A stretch of 47,263 nucleotides of DNA from a virus (Duplodnaviria; Caudoviricetes): positions 1 through 47,263 of the IMG/VR virus record IMGVR_UViG_3300037440_000041. One strand, written 5' to 3'. Within the stretch, counting starts at the first letter, position 1; every line of letters begins with the position of its first letter. Under the pieces are notes generated by a model that made no database searches, was not told the DNA's origin, and saw only the letters and a program-made list of their open reading frames with translations. Of this stretch, positions 1-9,865 are shown piece by piece. Made by a program: the position numbers and the translations under genes.

Positions 1-127
1 CACTCTGGGTATTCCCCTAGGTGGGGCATCCTACTGTTACCCGCGTATTAATGTGATAAACATATTGACTGCTAACATAACAGAAGCTGTAGCTAAGGCG
101 ATCAGTACCTTAGTAATTCGTTCATTA
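1..127. repeat. 127-bp terminal direct repeat (copy at 47137..47263); circular-assembly overlap
   Basis: cactctgggtattcccc...gttcatta is identical at both ends and cuts through a CDS; 127 is a common assembler k-mer size. Confidence 0.9.
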
Positions 128-276
128 ATCTCTTTTACAACAGTTTCAGCATGACTAAGGTCTTCAGCATAATCCTTTTGGTTACGCTCGAACCAATCCA
201 TATCGTCTTCCAACAATGCAAGACGTTGTTCGACGGTGCTGCCCTCACGACGTATTCTTCTAGTAAAACCATTCAC
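37..276 (-). CDS. coiled-coil protein with C-terminal TM helix (holin/XhlA-like lysis accessory candidate)
   Basis: Heptad-like N-terminus followed by VLIALATASVMLAVNMFITLI; last gene of the late arm. Confidence 0.5.
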   Translation of the reverse strand: MNGFTRRIRREGSTVEQRLALLEDDMDWFERNQKDYAEDLSHAETVVKEINERITKVLIALATASVMLAVNMFITLIRG

Positions 277-740
277 TACGGACCTACCGTTACGCGGTTG
301 CTCTCTACCTGTACTACTTGAACCCTACCGTCGTAGCTTGCCAGTACAAGTAGTGCTAGTCTCCAGTGTCCAGGTGGTAAGTTGGGTACAGTAAGGCCAA
401 CTGTAGAGGAATTGCACCCTACATCAGTTTCTGTACCATTAGCAGGACCCAGGTGTGATAGATTAGTGGGCGATACCCAGATAGCATAAACGAACACGGT
501 TACTTTTTGGTCAGCACAACCACTAATTATTAAGTCTACAGGTTGAAATGGTGTAACCTCATCAGCAAGTAGCTCAATATTAATGTCGTGTAGTGGCTGA
601 TTAGGTGTTCGTGCTACTGCGTTGACCGTCATGAGAAGTGACACAACTGATAATACCAGTGCTGCACCTAGCACACCCCAGATTAGTTTCATACGCACTT
701 TTTTACACCTTGCCCCAAGATAGTCCATCCTACCAGCCAT
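276..740 (-). CDS. membrane-anchored protein with beta-sandwich-like C-terminal domain
   Basis: N-terminal TM LIWGVLGAALVLSVVSLLMTV, two Cys in the soluble part, coupled to the next gene. Confidence 0.55.
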   Translation of the reverse strand: MAGRMDYLGARCKKVRMKLIWGVLGAALVLSVVSLLMTVNAVARTPNQPLHDINIELLADEVTPFQPVDLIISGCADQKVTVFVYAIWVSPTNLSHLGPANGTETDVGCNSSTVGLTVPNLPPGHWRLALLVLASYDGRVQVVQVESNRVTVGP

Positions 741-764
741 TTTAACAACTTTCTCTAACCGGCC

Positions 765-944
765 CTAACGGATTAGAGCGTACACGCCTAGCAGAACCAT
801 AGACGCACCAGCAGCTAACGCGTTAATGAGACGTACCAGGTCCCAGAACTCTTTGTCAAAGTGTTCTTGCTCATTGACTAGCCGCCAGCCTCTGAAAGCT
901 GCTCCTGCTAGGAACCCTGATAGTAATAGAAGTGCTGTTCCCAC
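765..944 (-). CDS. 59-aa two-TM membrane protein (holin candidate), not in ORF track
   Basis: SD AAGGAGGT then GTG; manual translation MGTALLLLSGFLAGAAFRGWRLVNEQEHFDKEFWDLVRLINALAAGASMVLLGVYALIR*. Confidence 0.65.
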   Translation of the reverse strand: MGTALLLLSGFLAGAAFRGWRLVNEQEHFDKEFWDLVRLINALAAGASMVLLGVYALIR

Positions 945-953
945 CTTACCTCC

Positions 954-2531
954 TTAACCTGCTGATACCGTAACTATGCCTAAATCACTCCACAACTGAC
1001 CGGCAACCGTTGGGTCAGAAGTCGGGAGAGCAGACATATGTACCTCACCAGCAAACAAAGCGTCACCGTCTTTATCGATTGTTACTTTGGTAGTTCCACT
1101 AGAATTATTAAATCGCCACAAATCACCTGACTGCCCAGTAAGTGCTTGTACGATACCTGCGGTTGAGCCCGTGGTATTAGGCTTAAGTCTAAGTACTCCA
1201 CGACCATCTTGTGCGTCCAGGTCATGTGAACGAATACCCGCTAAGACACCCTTGTTATCACCAGAGTAAGGTATGTATAGATTACCGCTCAAGTATATGT
1301 GCTCTGAGTTACGCCCAAATAGATATGGTGTCTTAGTCTGTTTACGGTAGGTGTGCGTCCCAACACCTATATCGGTAATGTCTATGGCTGCTCCACCTGA
1401 CGTGAGGGACAACTGGAAGTCATTTCCTGCCACACCGACTACGTAGTAATCTTCTCCTACGTCTAATGGAGCAGGTGCTGTGTCTGAACTTTCTACAATT
1501 ACAAGGTCACCGTCGGTTAAGCCGTGTGACGCTATAGTAATAATGTCAGTCCCCGTATTCACAGTAGATGTATCACCAGAAGCAGCTACTGGTGTGTCAA
1601 AAGCAGAGCCTACTTCAAAACGTGTGTCACGAATGGTCCAGCCAATTCCATCTGAATAGACAGCCGTACCAGTAAAGTTCTCTAGGTCACACCCGAGTAA
1701 TCTGATAGCACTAGCGCTCTGACGGTCTACGATAGGCCGACCTACAGCACCCCACGTGCAGTCTATAAACTTTAGCTCGTTAGTGTCTTTGTCAGCATCT
1801 TCAAACACTACACCTTGTGCAAGATTACGGAACAAGCACCTCTCAAAGTGTGTGTAAAAGATACCGATAGTGGCGTCTGGTACAAAGCGGACGGCTGTGT
1901 GTACGCCAGTACCGAGAGCGGTAGTAGTTGTGAACACTACCCTGTCAAAGTTACAGTGACTGTTTCCTGCGTTAATTTCCACCAGCGTTACGTCAGAGTT
2001 CTGGTTATCAATCGACAGCATCATGTCCAGAATCTCAAGACCCTGGAAGTGTGTCAGTGTAGCCTCAGCACCACGGGTAATAAACGTACCAGTACCTGTG
2101 TAAGCTAACCGTGTAGACGTACGCCCTGCTCCGCGTAATCGCGTAGGTTTAGTAAAGGATAGTTCGGAAGCACTGAAGCTGCCTTCGTCTAATACAATGG
2201 TACCCCCGTTAGCAGGTAACGCGTCATGGGCAGCCTGAATCTGTGTAGCGTCGTCACCGCCACTAGGCTCTAGAGGCTCAGTAACACCAAAGTTGGTAGC
2301 GGTTAAGTTACCGTCAGAATCAATGCTGGCTACTTCAACTCCGTCTGAGTCTATCACAGAAAACTTACGTACACCAGCATTGTCGCCTAGCTGTACTGAG
2401 TGGTTGCTACCTGAAGTAGAGTTGAACTTCCACGCTAAGCTAGTATTAACTGCACCCTCTAGGTGGTTAACAATATCAGAAACGTGTGTAGCTTCTACTA
2501 CATCACCAGTAGAGGGTTTAGTTAATGACAC
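954..2531 (-). CDS. tail spike/fibre with pectate-lyase-like beta-helix
   Basis: DDATQIQAAHDALPANGGTIVL beta-helix cap, repeated FxxCxF strands, C-terminal LPTSDP..AGQLW motif. Confidence 0.75.
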   Translation of the reverse strand: MSLTKPSTGDVVEATHVSDIVNHLEGAVNTSLAWKFNSTSGSNHSVQLGDNAGVRKFSVIDSDGVEVASIDSDGNLTATNFGVTEPLEPSGGDDATQIQAAHDALPANGGTIVLDEGSFSASELSFTKPTRLRGAGRTSTRLAYTGTGTFITRGAEATLTHFQGLEILDMMLSIDNQNSDVTLVEINAGNSHCNFDRVVFTTTTALGTGVHTAVRFVPDATIGIFYTHFERCLFRNLAQGVVFEDADKDTNELKFIDCTWGAVGRPIVDRQSASAIRLLGCDLENFTGTAVYSDGIGWTIRDTRFEVGSAFDTPVAASGDTSTVNTGTDIITIASHGLTDGDLVIVESSDTAPAPLDVGEDYYVVGVAGNDFQLSLTSGGAAIDITDIGVGTHTYRKQTKTPYLFGRNSEHIYLSGNLYIPYSGDNKGVLAGIRSHDLDAQDGRGVLRLKPNTTGSTAGIVQALTGQSGDLWRFNNSSGTTKVTIDKDGDALFAGEVHMSALPTSDPTVAGQLWSDLGIVTVSAG

Positions 2532-2532
2532 A

Positions 2533-2763
2533 CTATTCCCAATCTTTTGTTACGGAAGCTCTGCCTAAATCAGTATTAGTAGGTATGACAGCAGTAGACC
2601 TACGGTAATCCTGTACTGCAGGGATTATTAGTGAGGATAATATAGCTTCCCAAAGCCCATCTAGGGTAGCCTGTACTCCATAGGTATGCGCTACAGCCTG
2701 TATTGCTTCGTCTTGTAGCTCACTATCACCACTCCACTCAATTGTGATAAGTCTCTTAGCCAT
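2533..2763 (-). CDS. hypothetical protein (possible fibre chaperone)
   Basis: SD AAGGAGG; lies between two fibre genes. Confidence 0.55.
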   Translation of the reverse strand: MAKRLITIEWSGDSELQDEAIQAVAHTYGVQATLDGLWEAILSSLIIPAVQDYRRSTAVIPTNTDLGRASVTKDWE

Positions 2764-2773
2764 TTAAACCTCC

Positions 2774-3733
2774 TTAGCAGTTGTCCGAGTAGCCTATTTG
2801 GAGCCAGTCTGACCCCACCTTAAGTAGGGTAATGGTATCGCTAGGGTGACTCAGGACAGGACAACCTGAGGCTTTAATGTTCCCTGCGCTTCCGCTGACA
2901 GTCACGCTTCCCGTACCGGCTTTACTGAGCACAACAATAGCGCCCTCTACACCACCGCTAAGAGTGTCTAGAGTGTCACACGTACCACACGCTGGGGTGA
3001 CTGTGTGACGCGATTGGGTAACGGTTACTGCATCAGAAGCGCAGATATTTAAGTTAGTAGCCGCTGGCAGGGCTAAGAAGCCACCCTGTAGCTTGAAGTC
3101 ATCACCAGTTGCAAGGCTTAATTCGTTAGCAGCACTACGGTAGAGTTGGGTATCCCCACCAATTAGTAGTCCACCAGTGCTACCAGTAAGGGGGAACTGG
3201 GATTGTCGTGCTGCGGTAAAGACAGCGGCCGAGCCACAAGCTACGCTAATTGTTACCTGGTTACCTCTAAGGGTAGTGTTGACACTGTCTCCTACAGCGG
3301 GACCTAATAGTGCAGCATCACCAGAAGAAATAATGACCATATTGTGTGCACAGCCACACGAGTCGTTAGCTGTAATAGCTCTGTTGTTAGCGAGTTTAAG
3401 TCCTATATTAGCTGTGACACAACTACTGAAGACGGCATTTCCTGTGACTGTTAAGGAACCTGTTAGTGTAGAACCACCGGCTACTGTCAGGGTGCCATCA
3501 CCCTGAATGTTACCGCTACTGTCTATGTGTGCTTTCTCAGTACCAGTAGAGTCTAGGACGCTTAAAGCAGTACCGCCTGACGCTTCTGGTAATCTGACAA
3601 TAAAGTTGTTACACGCTCGCACTCTGAAGTGCCACGATAAGTCAGTACACGCAGCACCTTCTAAATGGTCTACGATGTCAGAAACATCCGTAGCTAGTAC
3701 GATGCATCCTGTGGAGGGTTTGTTTAGAGCCAT
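2774..3733 (-). CDS. Cys-rich tail fibre protein
   Basis: N-terminus paralogous to 954..2531 (KPSTG..V.AT.VSDIV.HLEGA); G/T-rich beta repeats; 12 Cys. Confidence 0.65.
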   Translation of the reverse strand: MALNKPSTGCIVLATDVSDIVDHLEGAACTDLSWHFRVRACNNFIVRLPEASGGTALSVLDSTGTEKAHIDSSGNIQGDGTLTVAGGSTLTGSLTVTGNAVFSSCVTANIGLKLANNRAITANDSCGCAHNMVIISSGDAALLGPAVGDSVNTTLRGNQVTISVACGSAAVFTAARQSQFPLTGSTGGLLIGGDTQLYRSAANELSLATGDDFKLQGGFLALPAATNLNICASDAVTVTQSRHTVTPACGTCDTLDTLSGGVEGAIVVLSKAGTGSVTVSGSAGNIKASGCPVLSHPSDTITLLKVGSDWLQIGYSDNC

Positions 3734-3739
3734 GATGTC

Positions 3740-5713
3740 CTATCCATAAGTTACTCCTGAACCATAAGTAGACACTCCGTAAATTGCTGTGCTACCTAAG
3801 CCAGCGAAGGTAAGCTGTGTGATTTCGTATAGCAGCATATCAATATGCTCTACATCACGTACTACCCCACCTAGCTTAGAGGGTATTAGACCAGCACTCT
3901 GTACATCAAGCACTCTTACTACATAGGTATTGCCAATACGGTCCTGCATTTGACATCGCTTGTTAGGTGCGAGGTACAAATACCTGCGTAGAGTAGCCCC
4001 TGACTGTGGGTCCTTAGCCAACGTATCCCGTAGTGGTAATCCGTCAGCTACCATTACACGTGGTGACCATTTCCTCAGTCTAGGAGGGTTGGGAGTAGCG
4101 TGTAGGGTACCGCCTAGTAGTCTAGGTGAAGACCTAGAGTCACCTGTAATCATTGTGAGTACGTATCTAATACGGTTAAACTCTACGGTATCGTTGATAG
4201 CTTCTTGTGTCTTGCCATCAGTACTGCCGGTAAGGACAACTGTAGGTACGGTGTCATTATCCTTCATATATTTTAGGATAACGTTTTTAGCACCAGACAG
4301 GTTCTCTCCAATGACACTGCCCCTGTTTAGGAACTTGTTGAAAGCCTGAGCACCAAACGTTACCCAAGGGCCGTAAGCTGTGTTGTCGGTAGCTATATCA
4401 AATCTGTAGTTGGAGTCTGTCTTAGGGTCGTAGCCTATACGTGGTAGGATGAAGTACCTTGACGTACTACCGTGTCCAATAAACACTACAGGGTTGACAG
4501 TGTGTCCTGCACCGGGGCCAGCTACGTCGATAGCGTTGCAGTCGTTAGCACCCAGGTATACCCAGGTGTGAGCGGCGTCACGTACGGGGCTAAACTTCAT
4601 GATGTAGGTGTTACCATCACCATTTTTAATAGGAAAGTACAGCCACTCGTTATCACCTGTTACGTCTGAAAAGGTGCCTGTAGTTTCGGGGTTAGACTCA
4701 GATGTCTCACCTTCTGTACCTGTGTGTCCAGCGATAGGCCAGATAAGGGAGATACTATTATCGATTGGGTTGTACTGTAGCAACCTGTCTCCGTACGGTA
4801 CATAGATATTACCGTCTACCCATCGGTAAGGATTCTTACCATTGTTAGTGCCGATGTACTCAGTAGCCCACACGTCAGTAGTAGTGCTTCCTGTGTAGCG
4901 GTAGAAACCTTCCTGCTTAAACACGTAGATATCATCATCAGCCACAATCATACCCGTAGTAGTGTCAGACGTAGAGCCTACCGTGTCAGAGCCACTCCAT
5001 GATGTGGCGCTGTTAACACCATCAGGAGTATTCTGAATTGCTGTACCCAGAATCTTCCATAGAACTGCTTGTGCACCAGTACCGCGTACTACAAAGTAGT
5101 CTGCTAAAGCATCATCACCTGAGCGGTTACTGGCTACCCACGTGCTGCCGTTAGAACTGTACTTGTAAGCAGCACCATCACCTCTACCTACGTAGAGCAC
5201 TCCGTCTAGTTCCACCATGCTAGCTGTATAGTCAACGGCATCAGCAGTAGCGTCGTCTCTCTGAGTCCAAGCGTCACTAACAGTGTTGTATTCGTAGATG
5301 TACTGTCCTGCTACGCAGAAGTACCCGAGTGAACTGTGGAAGAACTGTACGGGAGCAGCAGCTACGTCTGTAGTGGGTGTCTGTTTAGCGGGGGAGATAT
5401 AAGCTGTGTCTTCCCAGCTAAAGTCTATACCACGAGAGTAATTATACTTGTGAGTGTTGTGCCCTGTGTGGTCTACACCCGTACCTGCGTTGATGAACCC
5501 AGCGCCCTTGTGCCAGTTCTCAAAGGGCATAGCAATTTCTAGCTGTTGTGGTACGTGTTCGTAGCTAAAGCTGTCGGTAGTAAACTGCTGTGCTAAGTCA
5601 GGAGCAAAGCCTTCGCCCCAAATCTTCTGACCCGTGTCTGGGTCATCAGCAAGCATCAGCCCAATCTCTGTGCCGTCTACTGTAAGTCTGAAGTCGTAAC
5701 TGTCATCGGCCAT
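3740..5713 (-). CDS. virion structural protein, probable tail nozzle/stabilization (beta-propeller-like)
   Basis: 657 aa, beta-rich, located after an adaptor-like gene; role inferred from podovirus synteny. Confidence 0.55.
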   Translation of the reverse strand: MADDSYDFRLTVDGTEIGLMLADDPDTGQKIWGEGFAPDLAQQFTTDSFSYEHVPQQLEIAMPFENWHKGAGFINAGTGVDHTGHNTHKYNYSRGIDFSWEDTAYISPAKQTPTTDVAAAPVQFFHSSLGYFCVAGQYIYEYNTVSDAWTQRDDATADAVDYTASMVELDGVLYVGRGDGAAYKYSSNGSTWVASNRSGDDALADYFVVRGTGAQAVLWKILGTAIQNTPDGVNSATSWSGSDTVGSTSDTTTGMIVADDDIYVFKQEGFYRYTGSTTTDVWATEYIGTNNGKNPYRWVDGNIYVPYGDRLLQYNPIDNSISLIWPIAGHTGTEGETSESNPETTGTFSDVTGDNEWLYFPIKNGDGNTYIMKFSPVRDAAHTWVYLGANDCNAIDVAGPGAGHTVNPVVFIGHGSTSRYFILPRIGYDPKTDSNYRFDIATDNTAYGPWVTFGAQAFNKFLNRGSVIGENLSGAKNVILKYMKDNDTVPTVVLTGSTDGKTQEAINDTVEFNRIRYVLTMITGDSRSSPRLLGGTLHATPNPPRLRKWSPRVMVADGLPLRDTLAKDPQSGATLRRYLYLAPNKRCQMQDRIGNTYVVRVLDVQSAGLIPSKLGGVVRDVEHIDMLLYEITQLTFAGLGSTAIYGVSTYGSGVTYG

Positions 5714-5722
5714 TAATTATCC

Positions 5723-7042
5723 TTACCTTGAGTACGGACCCACAACAGTACTACTAGGAACATCTTGTGCCCAGTTCTGTATTAGCTTAGGCACCCTGGC
5801 TCTAACAAACTGGATACGCTGTACTACCTGTGGTACGTTCTCAGCAGAGATACCTTCTCTAGCAAACAGAATCTCAGCAGCTTTTGCGTACACCAATTCT
5901 GCTGTCTGAGTGTCTACCTCCATAGTGTTAGTAACCTGAGTAGCAGCGGTTGTACCTAGCGCAGACAGAATACCCTTACCTACTACACGTAGCTGATAGC
6001 CACGTGGGGGAGTGCTCATCAAGGTAAAATTCTGTGTAGTGTTGTCCCTGCGTACAACTTCTAGCGCACGTTCTTCTGGGAAGATTTCGGTAACACGCTC
6101 TGTGTCTCCAAAATACAGCCATGCACGCTCCCAGTACACAGTAGCTGCATTGTCAGTAGACGCTACACCAAACTGTGCTGACAGTGTAGCGCTGTTGTTA
6201 CCTACAATTGTTTTACTAACCGTAAGCAGTTCCCACCCACTACCACCGTGGTATGAACCATTAGTTGTACTAGCATTATCAATAAGGTTAAGTCTTATCT
6301 TACTAGTTTCCGTGCAGTATACCCATGCAGCAAACGTCATCTGACGGTCAGCGGCTAGTGCTGCCGTGATACCGTTAGCCATATCCCCTACAACTTGTGT
6401 GTATGTACCTGCTGTAGTAGCGGCGACTACCAGCTTGGTAGCTACGTCACCATATTTAGGTACCAGCATGTCATTGTCAGCACGCTCTAGGGTAGACGCT
6501 GTGACACTACTGGCAGTCCAGTTAGTTGTTGAATTACCCAGAGGGTCGGTAATAAAGTTCCACTGGTTCTCACAACTAAGAGGGTGTTCAAGGTACACAT
6601 TAATAGGACCGGATACTATACTGGATGGTGTTGGGAAGGTACGTGTGTGACCGTCACCTGTTAGGGTGTCACTATGTATAAGCTGGAACACGTTGTCAGC
6701 TACGTCAAACCTGGCCTGGTCAAGCACTTCAAACTTAACCGAAGGGTCTACCTTGTGTACTTCATAGGTTTGTGTAGAGGCTGTCTGTGCAGTAAACGCC
6801 GGTAGCACGGTGATAGTACCACTACTTGCTACGTTGCTAGTAACCCTGCGTATCGCAAACTGGTTGGTAGCTCCTGTGGGTCTTACGTACCTACCAGTAA
6901 GTTCACCATTACCGAACCTGCCTAGTGTGGTGTCTACTAACGTAGTACCATCCGCTAGGCCGGCACCTGTAGTGGTACCAAGCCAGTAGTCATCAATAAA
7001 TTTACTGAAGCCGGTTAATAGTTCTGCTCCGGTTAATGTCAT
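5723..7042 (-). CDS. virion structural protein, probable head-tail adaptor with inserted carbohydrate-binding-like domain
   Basis: Central segment TFAAWVY...HGGSGWELLTVSKTI resembles a CBM/jelly-roll; synteny. Confidence 0.5.
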   Translation of the reverse strand: MTLTGAELLTGFSKFIDDYWLGTTTGAGLADGTTLVDTTLGRFGNGELTGRYVRPTGATNQFAIRRVTSNVASSGTITVLPAFTAQTASTQTYEVHKVDPSVKFEVLDQARFDVADNVFQLIHSDTLTGDGHTRTFPTPSSIVSGPINVYLEHPLSCENQWNFITDPLGNSTTNWTASSVTASTLERADNDMLVPKYGDVATKLVVAATTAGTYTQVVGDMANGITAALAADRQMTFAAWVYCTETSKIRLNLIDNASTTNGSYHGGSGWELLTVSKTIVGNNSATLSAQFGVASTDNAATVYWERAWLYFGDTERVTEIFPEERALEVVRRDNTTQNFTLMSTPPRGYQLRVVGKGILSALGTTAATQVTNTMEVDTQTAELVYAKAAEILFAREGISAENVPQVVQRIQFVRARVPKLIQNWAQDVPSSTVVGPYSR

Positions 7043-7052
7043 TATAACTCCT

Positions 7053-7928
7053 TTAGGTAGTAGCTACCCCGACAACCAGCGCGTTTGTTGACCCAGCCGT
7101 ATTGATGTTAGTAGCCCCTCCGGTAGCACTACCTTTGTACGCACGGGTGTTAGTACCTGCGATTCTAAGAGTAGAGTGTGTAGGACCAGACCCTATAAGG
7201 TCAGGACAGAACACTCGTACTTCAGCAGCAGCGGTATCGATTGACAAGTTGTGACCGCCGGGTGTACGGCCAGTAACGTGGATGAACTGCTGGTTGCTAC
7301 CGTGTGCAGCGTAGAAATTAACTGATGGGTTACCTTCTGCATAGCAACGGTCAGCAACACAATTCCAGCCTAAGTGATAACCGTGGTGGGTGCTATCGTT
7401 ACCAATACACCTGTATAGCCTTCCGCCTAAGTCAGCTTCGCTGAACCCTGTGGCAACACGCCAAGCGTCTCCGCCTGGAGCCTGGCGGCCTGCGTCATAG
7501 GACTCGGAATCAGCAATCAACCAATCAGCGTTCACGCCCTCATCACCAATAGACATTACGTTGTGGAGTGGTGCGTTACGGAACGTAACCCCCTCCACGA
7601 TAAAGCCTTTCACCCCATCAAAACGTAGACCCTGAAACCCCGCTGAGTTGTTATCCCCGTTCCAGTCGTACTCCCCACCAAACAGGGCTATGTCAGTATT
7701 ACCACTTATGGAGTCACTATTAATCATCCCGTGGTCGTTTGTACCAGCAGCAAGTGTGTACTTTGCACCGTGCGCGAATATCTGTGCGTTAGATGGGATA
7801 ACAAGTCGGCCACCCGAGAACTCCCCAACAAGTCGTATAGACCCAACGTCTAGGGCTTCTAGTATTTGAACGTGGTCATCCACACCATCCGTATCGATAC
7901 CAGCGCGGAGTGTTATCACGCCACCCAC
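7053..7928 (-). CDS. right-handed beta-helix protein (depolymerase-like)
   Basis: DDHVQILEAL cap, IALFGGEYDWNG, GLRFDGVKGFIVEGVTFRNAPLHNV; the true start may be the GTG at 7919. Confidence 0.7.
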   Translation of the reverse strand: MGGVITLRAGIDTDGVDDHVQILEALDVGSIRLVGEFSGGRLVIPSNAQIFAHGAKYTLAAGTNDHGMINSDSISGNTDIALFGGEYDWNGDNNSAGFQGLRFDGVKGFIVEGVTFRNAPLHNVMSIGDEGVNADWLIADSESYDAGRQAPGGDAWRVATGFSEADLGGRLYRCIGNDSTHHGYHLGWNCVADRCYAEGNPSVNFYAAHGSNQQFIHVTGRTPGGHNLSIDTAAAEVRVFCPDLIGSGPTHSTLRIAGTNTRAYKGSATGGATNINTAGSTNALVVGVATT

Positions 7929-8494
7929 TTAGAAGGTTCGCGTACAACGGTAGTTGTGCTTGTTGGGATATACGGGGTCTGTACTGTTCCAGCTTCTGCT
8001 TGTCCGGCGTCTACGTAGATGAATCTTCCTGCAGTAGGTGTACCGCTAATGTCAACACGGAAGGTCCCTACTAGGTCACCCGCAGCAGGGGTAAAGGGTC
8101 CTAGGAGAATACGCACCCAGCGGTCATCGTTATCGGAACCCGTAATATCTAGCGACTGAGTAATGGTACCCGTAGCGCTAGTAAAGCCAGACGCTACTAG
8201 TCGTACTGCTGTAGCATCGAAATCGGCTGGCACATAAACGCTGACTGCGTAGACATGGGCTACGGCAGTTAGCGTCTGCGTACGCTGTACAAGGATGGCA
8301 CTGTCCTGGTACGTAGCCTTGCAAGAAAATGCACCTTCTAGAACTTGCTCATCAGACTGTGCAATGGTGTTCGTACCACCAGTAGTCCAGCCTGTCATAG
8401 CTTCAAAGCTACTATGCAGACAAAGATTAGTAGCACCTGTAGGTGAACTAATAGCGTTGTCCGCACCCATAGTAGGCATTCCCCTGAGGGCCAC
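7916..8494 (-). CDS. carbohydrate-binding-module-like virion protein
   Basis: TNLCLHSSFEAMTGW...FIYVDAGQAEAGTVQTPYIPT, typical of phage head/tail CBM-like domains. Confidence 0.65.
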   Translation of the reverse strand: MALRGMPTMGADNAISSPTGATNLCLHSSFEAMTGWTTGGTNTIAQSDEQVLEGAFSCKATYQDSAILVQRTQTLTAVAHVYAVSVYVPADFDATAVRLVASGFTSATGTITQSLDITGSDNDDRWVRILLGPFTPAAGDLVGTFRVDISGTPTAGRFIYVDAGQAEAGTVQTPYIPTSTTTVVREPSKWVA

Positions 8495-8778
8495 TAGGAA
8501 ACGTATTCCTCAAGGAACGATACTGTGGGTGTACCACTAGCAGCTTCCATCCATATAGCAGCAGTAGTCTCTAGCGTAATGCTTTCGCCAGCTTTTAATT
8601 CCATGCCCGTAGTAGACGCTACTGTGTCGTCAAAGCCTACGTAGACTGCAATAGCTGTGTCCAGGTTCTTAATAATAACACGCTTACGTGTAAGTCTTGC
8701 AGGGACCACTTCTTCTTGTGTGGTACTTAATGCTTCCTGCTCTACATTAAGTGCGTTAGAGTAATAGATTGACGCCAT
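8494..8778 (-). CDS. small virion structural protein
   Basis: RKRVIIKN....VYVG......TGMELKAGES motif of small phage beta-sandwich proteins. Confidence 0.6.
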   Translation of the reverse strand: MASIYYSNALNVEQEALSTTQEEVVPARLTRKRVIIKNLDTAIAVYVGFDDTVASTTGMELKAGESITLETTAAIWMEAASGTPTVSFLEEYVS

Positions 8779-9407
8779 TAGCGCTTACTCGCAGCTTCTG
8801 CTAGCTTGAGTAGAGCGTCTAGCTGTGCAGTCTGTAGGGACTCTGTCTTCAGACGGTCCTGCTTACCGCGATACTCTGTAAGCATACGTAGTTCCTGCTT
8901 GTGCTTCAGGCGCATGTGGTCATTCAGGTGGAACTCACTAGCGATACCCTGCTTACGGCAGCGTGAAGACGTGATTCCAATAGCCTTAAGCTCTGCCTTT
9001 ACAGCAGGGTCAGCATCTTCGTGTAGAAGACAGATGACTTCACCGGGGACAAAGACGTTAGTGCTGCGTGTGAACCATACCTGCTTACCCCACTGACCAC
9101 GGGGAATAAAGGCGTCACCACTAGGGAATCTGTGGCTAAGCAGCTTGGGTACCATGTACGCAGGTACTGGGTGCTGCCTACCGTCGTATGCGTGGTAGAT
9201 AATCTGCACAATCGAAGGGTCTACAAACCCAGCTTCTGTGCGGATTTCTGTTTCAAGAGTAAGACCGTGCTGTGCTGCGATAGCATTAGAGCCAGCCTCA
9301 CCAGCGTTGTTGTCAATGCCTGTACCCTTACGTCGGTACTTAGGCGCGTTAGCAGCCTCTACCTCACCGGACGCTACAGCGGTCTCGGGACTGTGTTCAG
9401 TAACCAT
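8778..9407 (-). CDS. hypothetical protein with possible C/H metal site
   Basis: CLLH...CRK...H..DHMRLKH; coupled within the operon. Confidence 0.55.
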   Translation of the reverse strand: MVTEHSPETAVASGEVEAANAPKYRRKGTGIDNNAGEAGSNAIAAQHGLTLETEIRTEAGFVDPSIVQIIYHAYDGRQHPVPAYMVPKLLSHRFPSGDAFIPRGQWGKQVWFTRSTNVFVPGEVICLLHEDADPAVKAELKAIGITSSRCRKQGIASEFHLNDHMRLKHKQELRMLTEYRGKQDRLKTESLQTAQLDALLKLAEAASKR

Positions 9408-9865
9408 TAATTCCTCCCTCTCATAGAGAAGTGTGCCTTGTTTAGTATACGTTTCCTACGCTCATCGAAGTGGTTGTACGCGTCTGCTATAAGCGTAGAA
9501 TCTGCAGCATCCTCTGCAATCAGTCGTGCTACCTGATTCTCTGCTCGCATATTGTCAGCCATATCCATGAGCATATCTACGGTGTCACCATCGTTATCAC
9601 CTAAGATAACAAACAAGCCTACATCTACATAATTGATTGCAGGACCGAGACTCCTAGGAAATTCCATTAGCCTATCCTTACGAACTATCGTAATAAGCTG
9701 CCAACGGTGTTCTTCTTTAAGGTCTGAGGTACGTGCGTTAATCTCCCTCAGCATCAACGCACTCTCATCAGAACGTAGAGCATCAGCGAGCGGGAGTAAT
9801 AGTTGGTCTCCTGTGGGAGTTTGCTCTAGTTCGTATTTACGGCCTATGGCCTTTAAGTTACGCAT
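9407..9865 (-). CDS. hypothetical protein
   Basis: TAATG-type coupling at both ends. Confidence 0.6.
   Translation of the reverse strand: MRNLKAIGRKYELEQTPTGDQLLLPLADALRSDESALMLREINARTSDLKEEHRWQLITIVRKDRLMEFPRSLGPAINYVDVGLFVILGDNDGDTVDMLMDMADNMRAENQVARLIAEDAADSTLIADAYNHFDERRKRILNKAHFSMRGRN

Noticed and set aside
7910-7930. Programmed frameshift fusing the CBM and beta-helix genes
   Set aside because: No slippery heptamer; a GTGA stop/start overlap at 7916-7919 explains the junction
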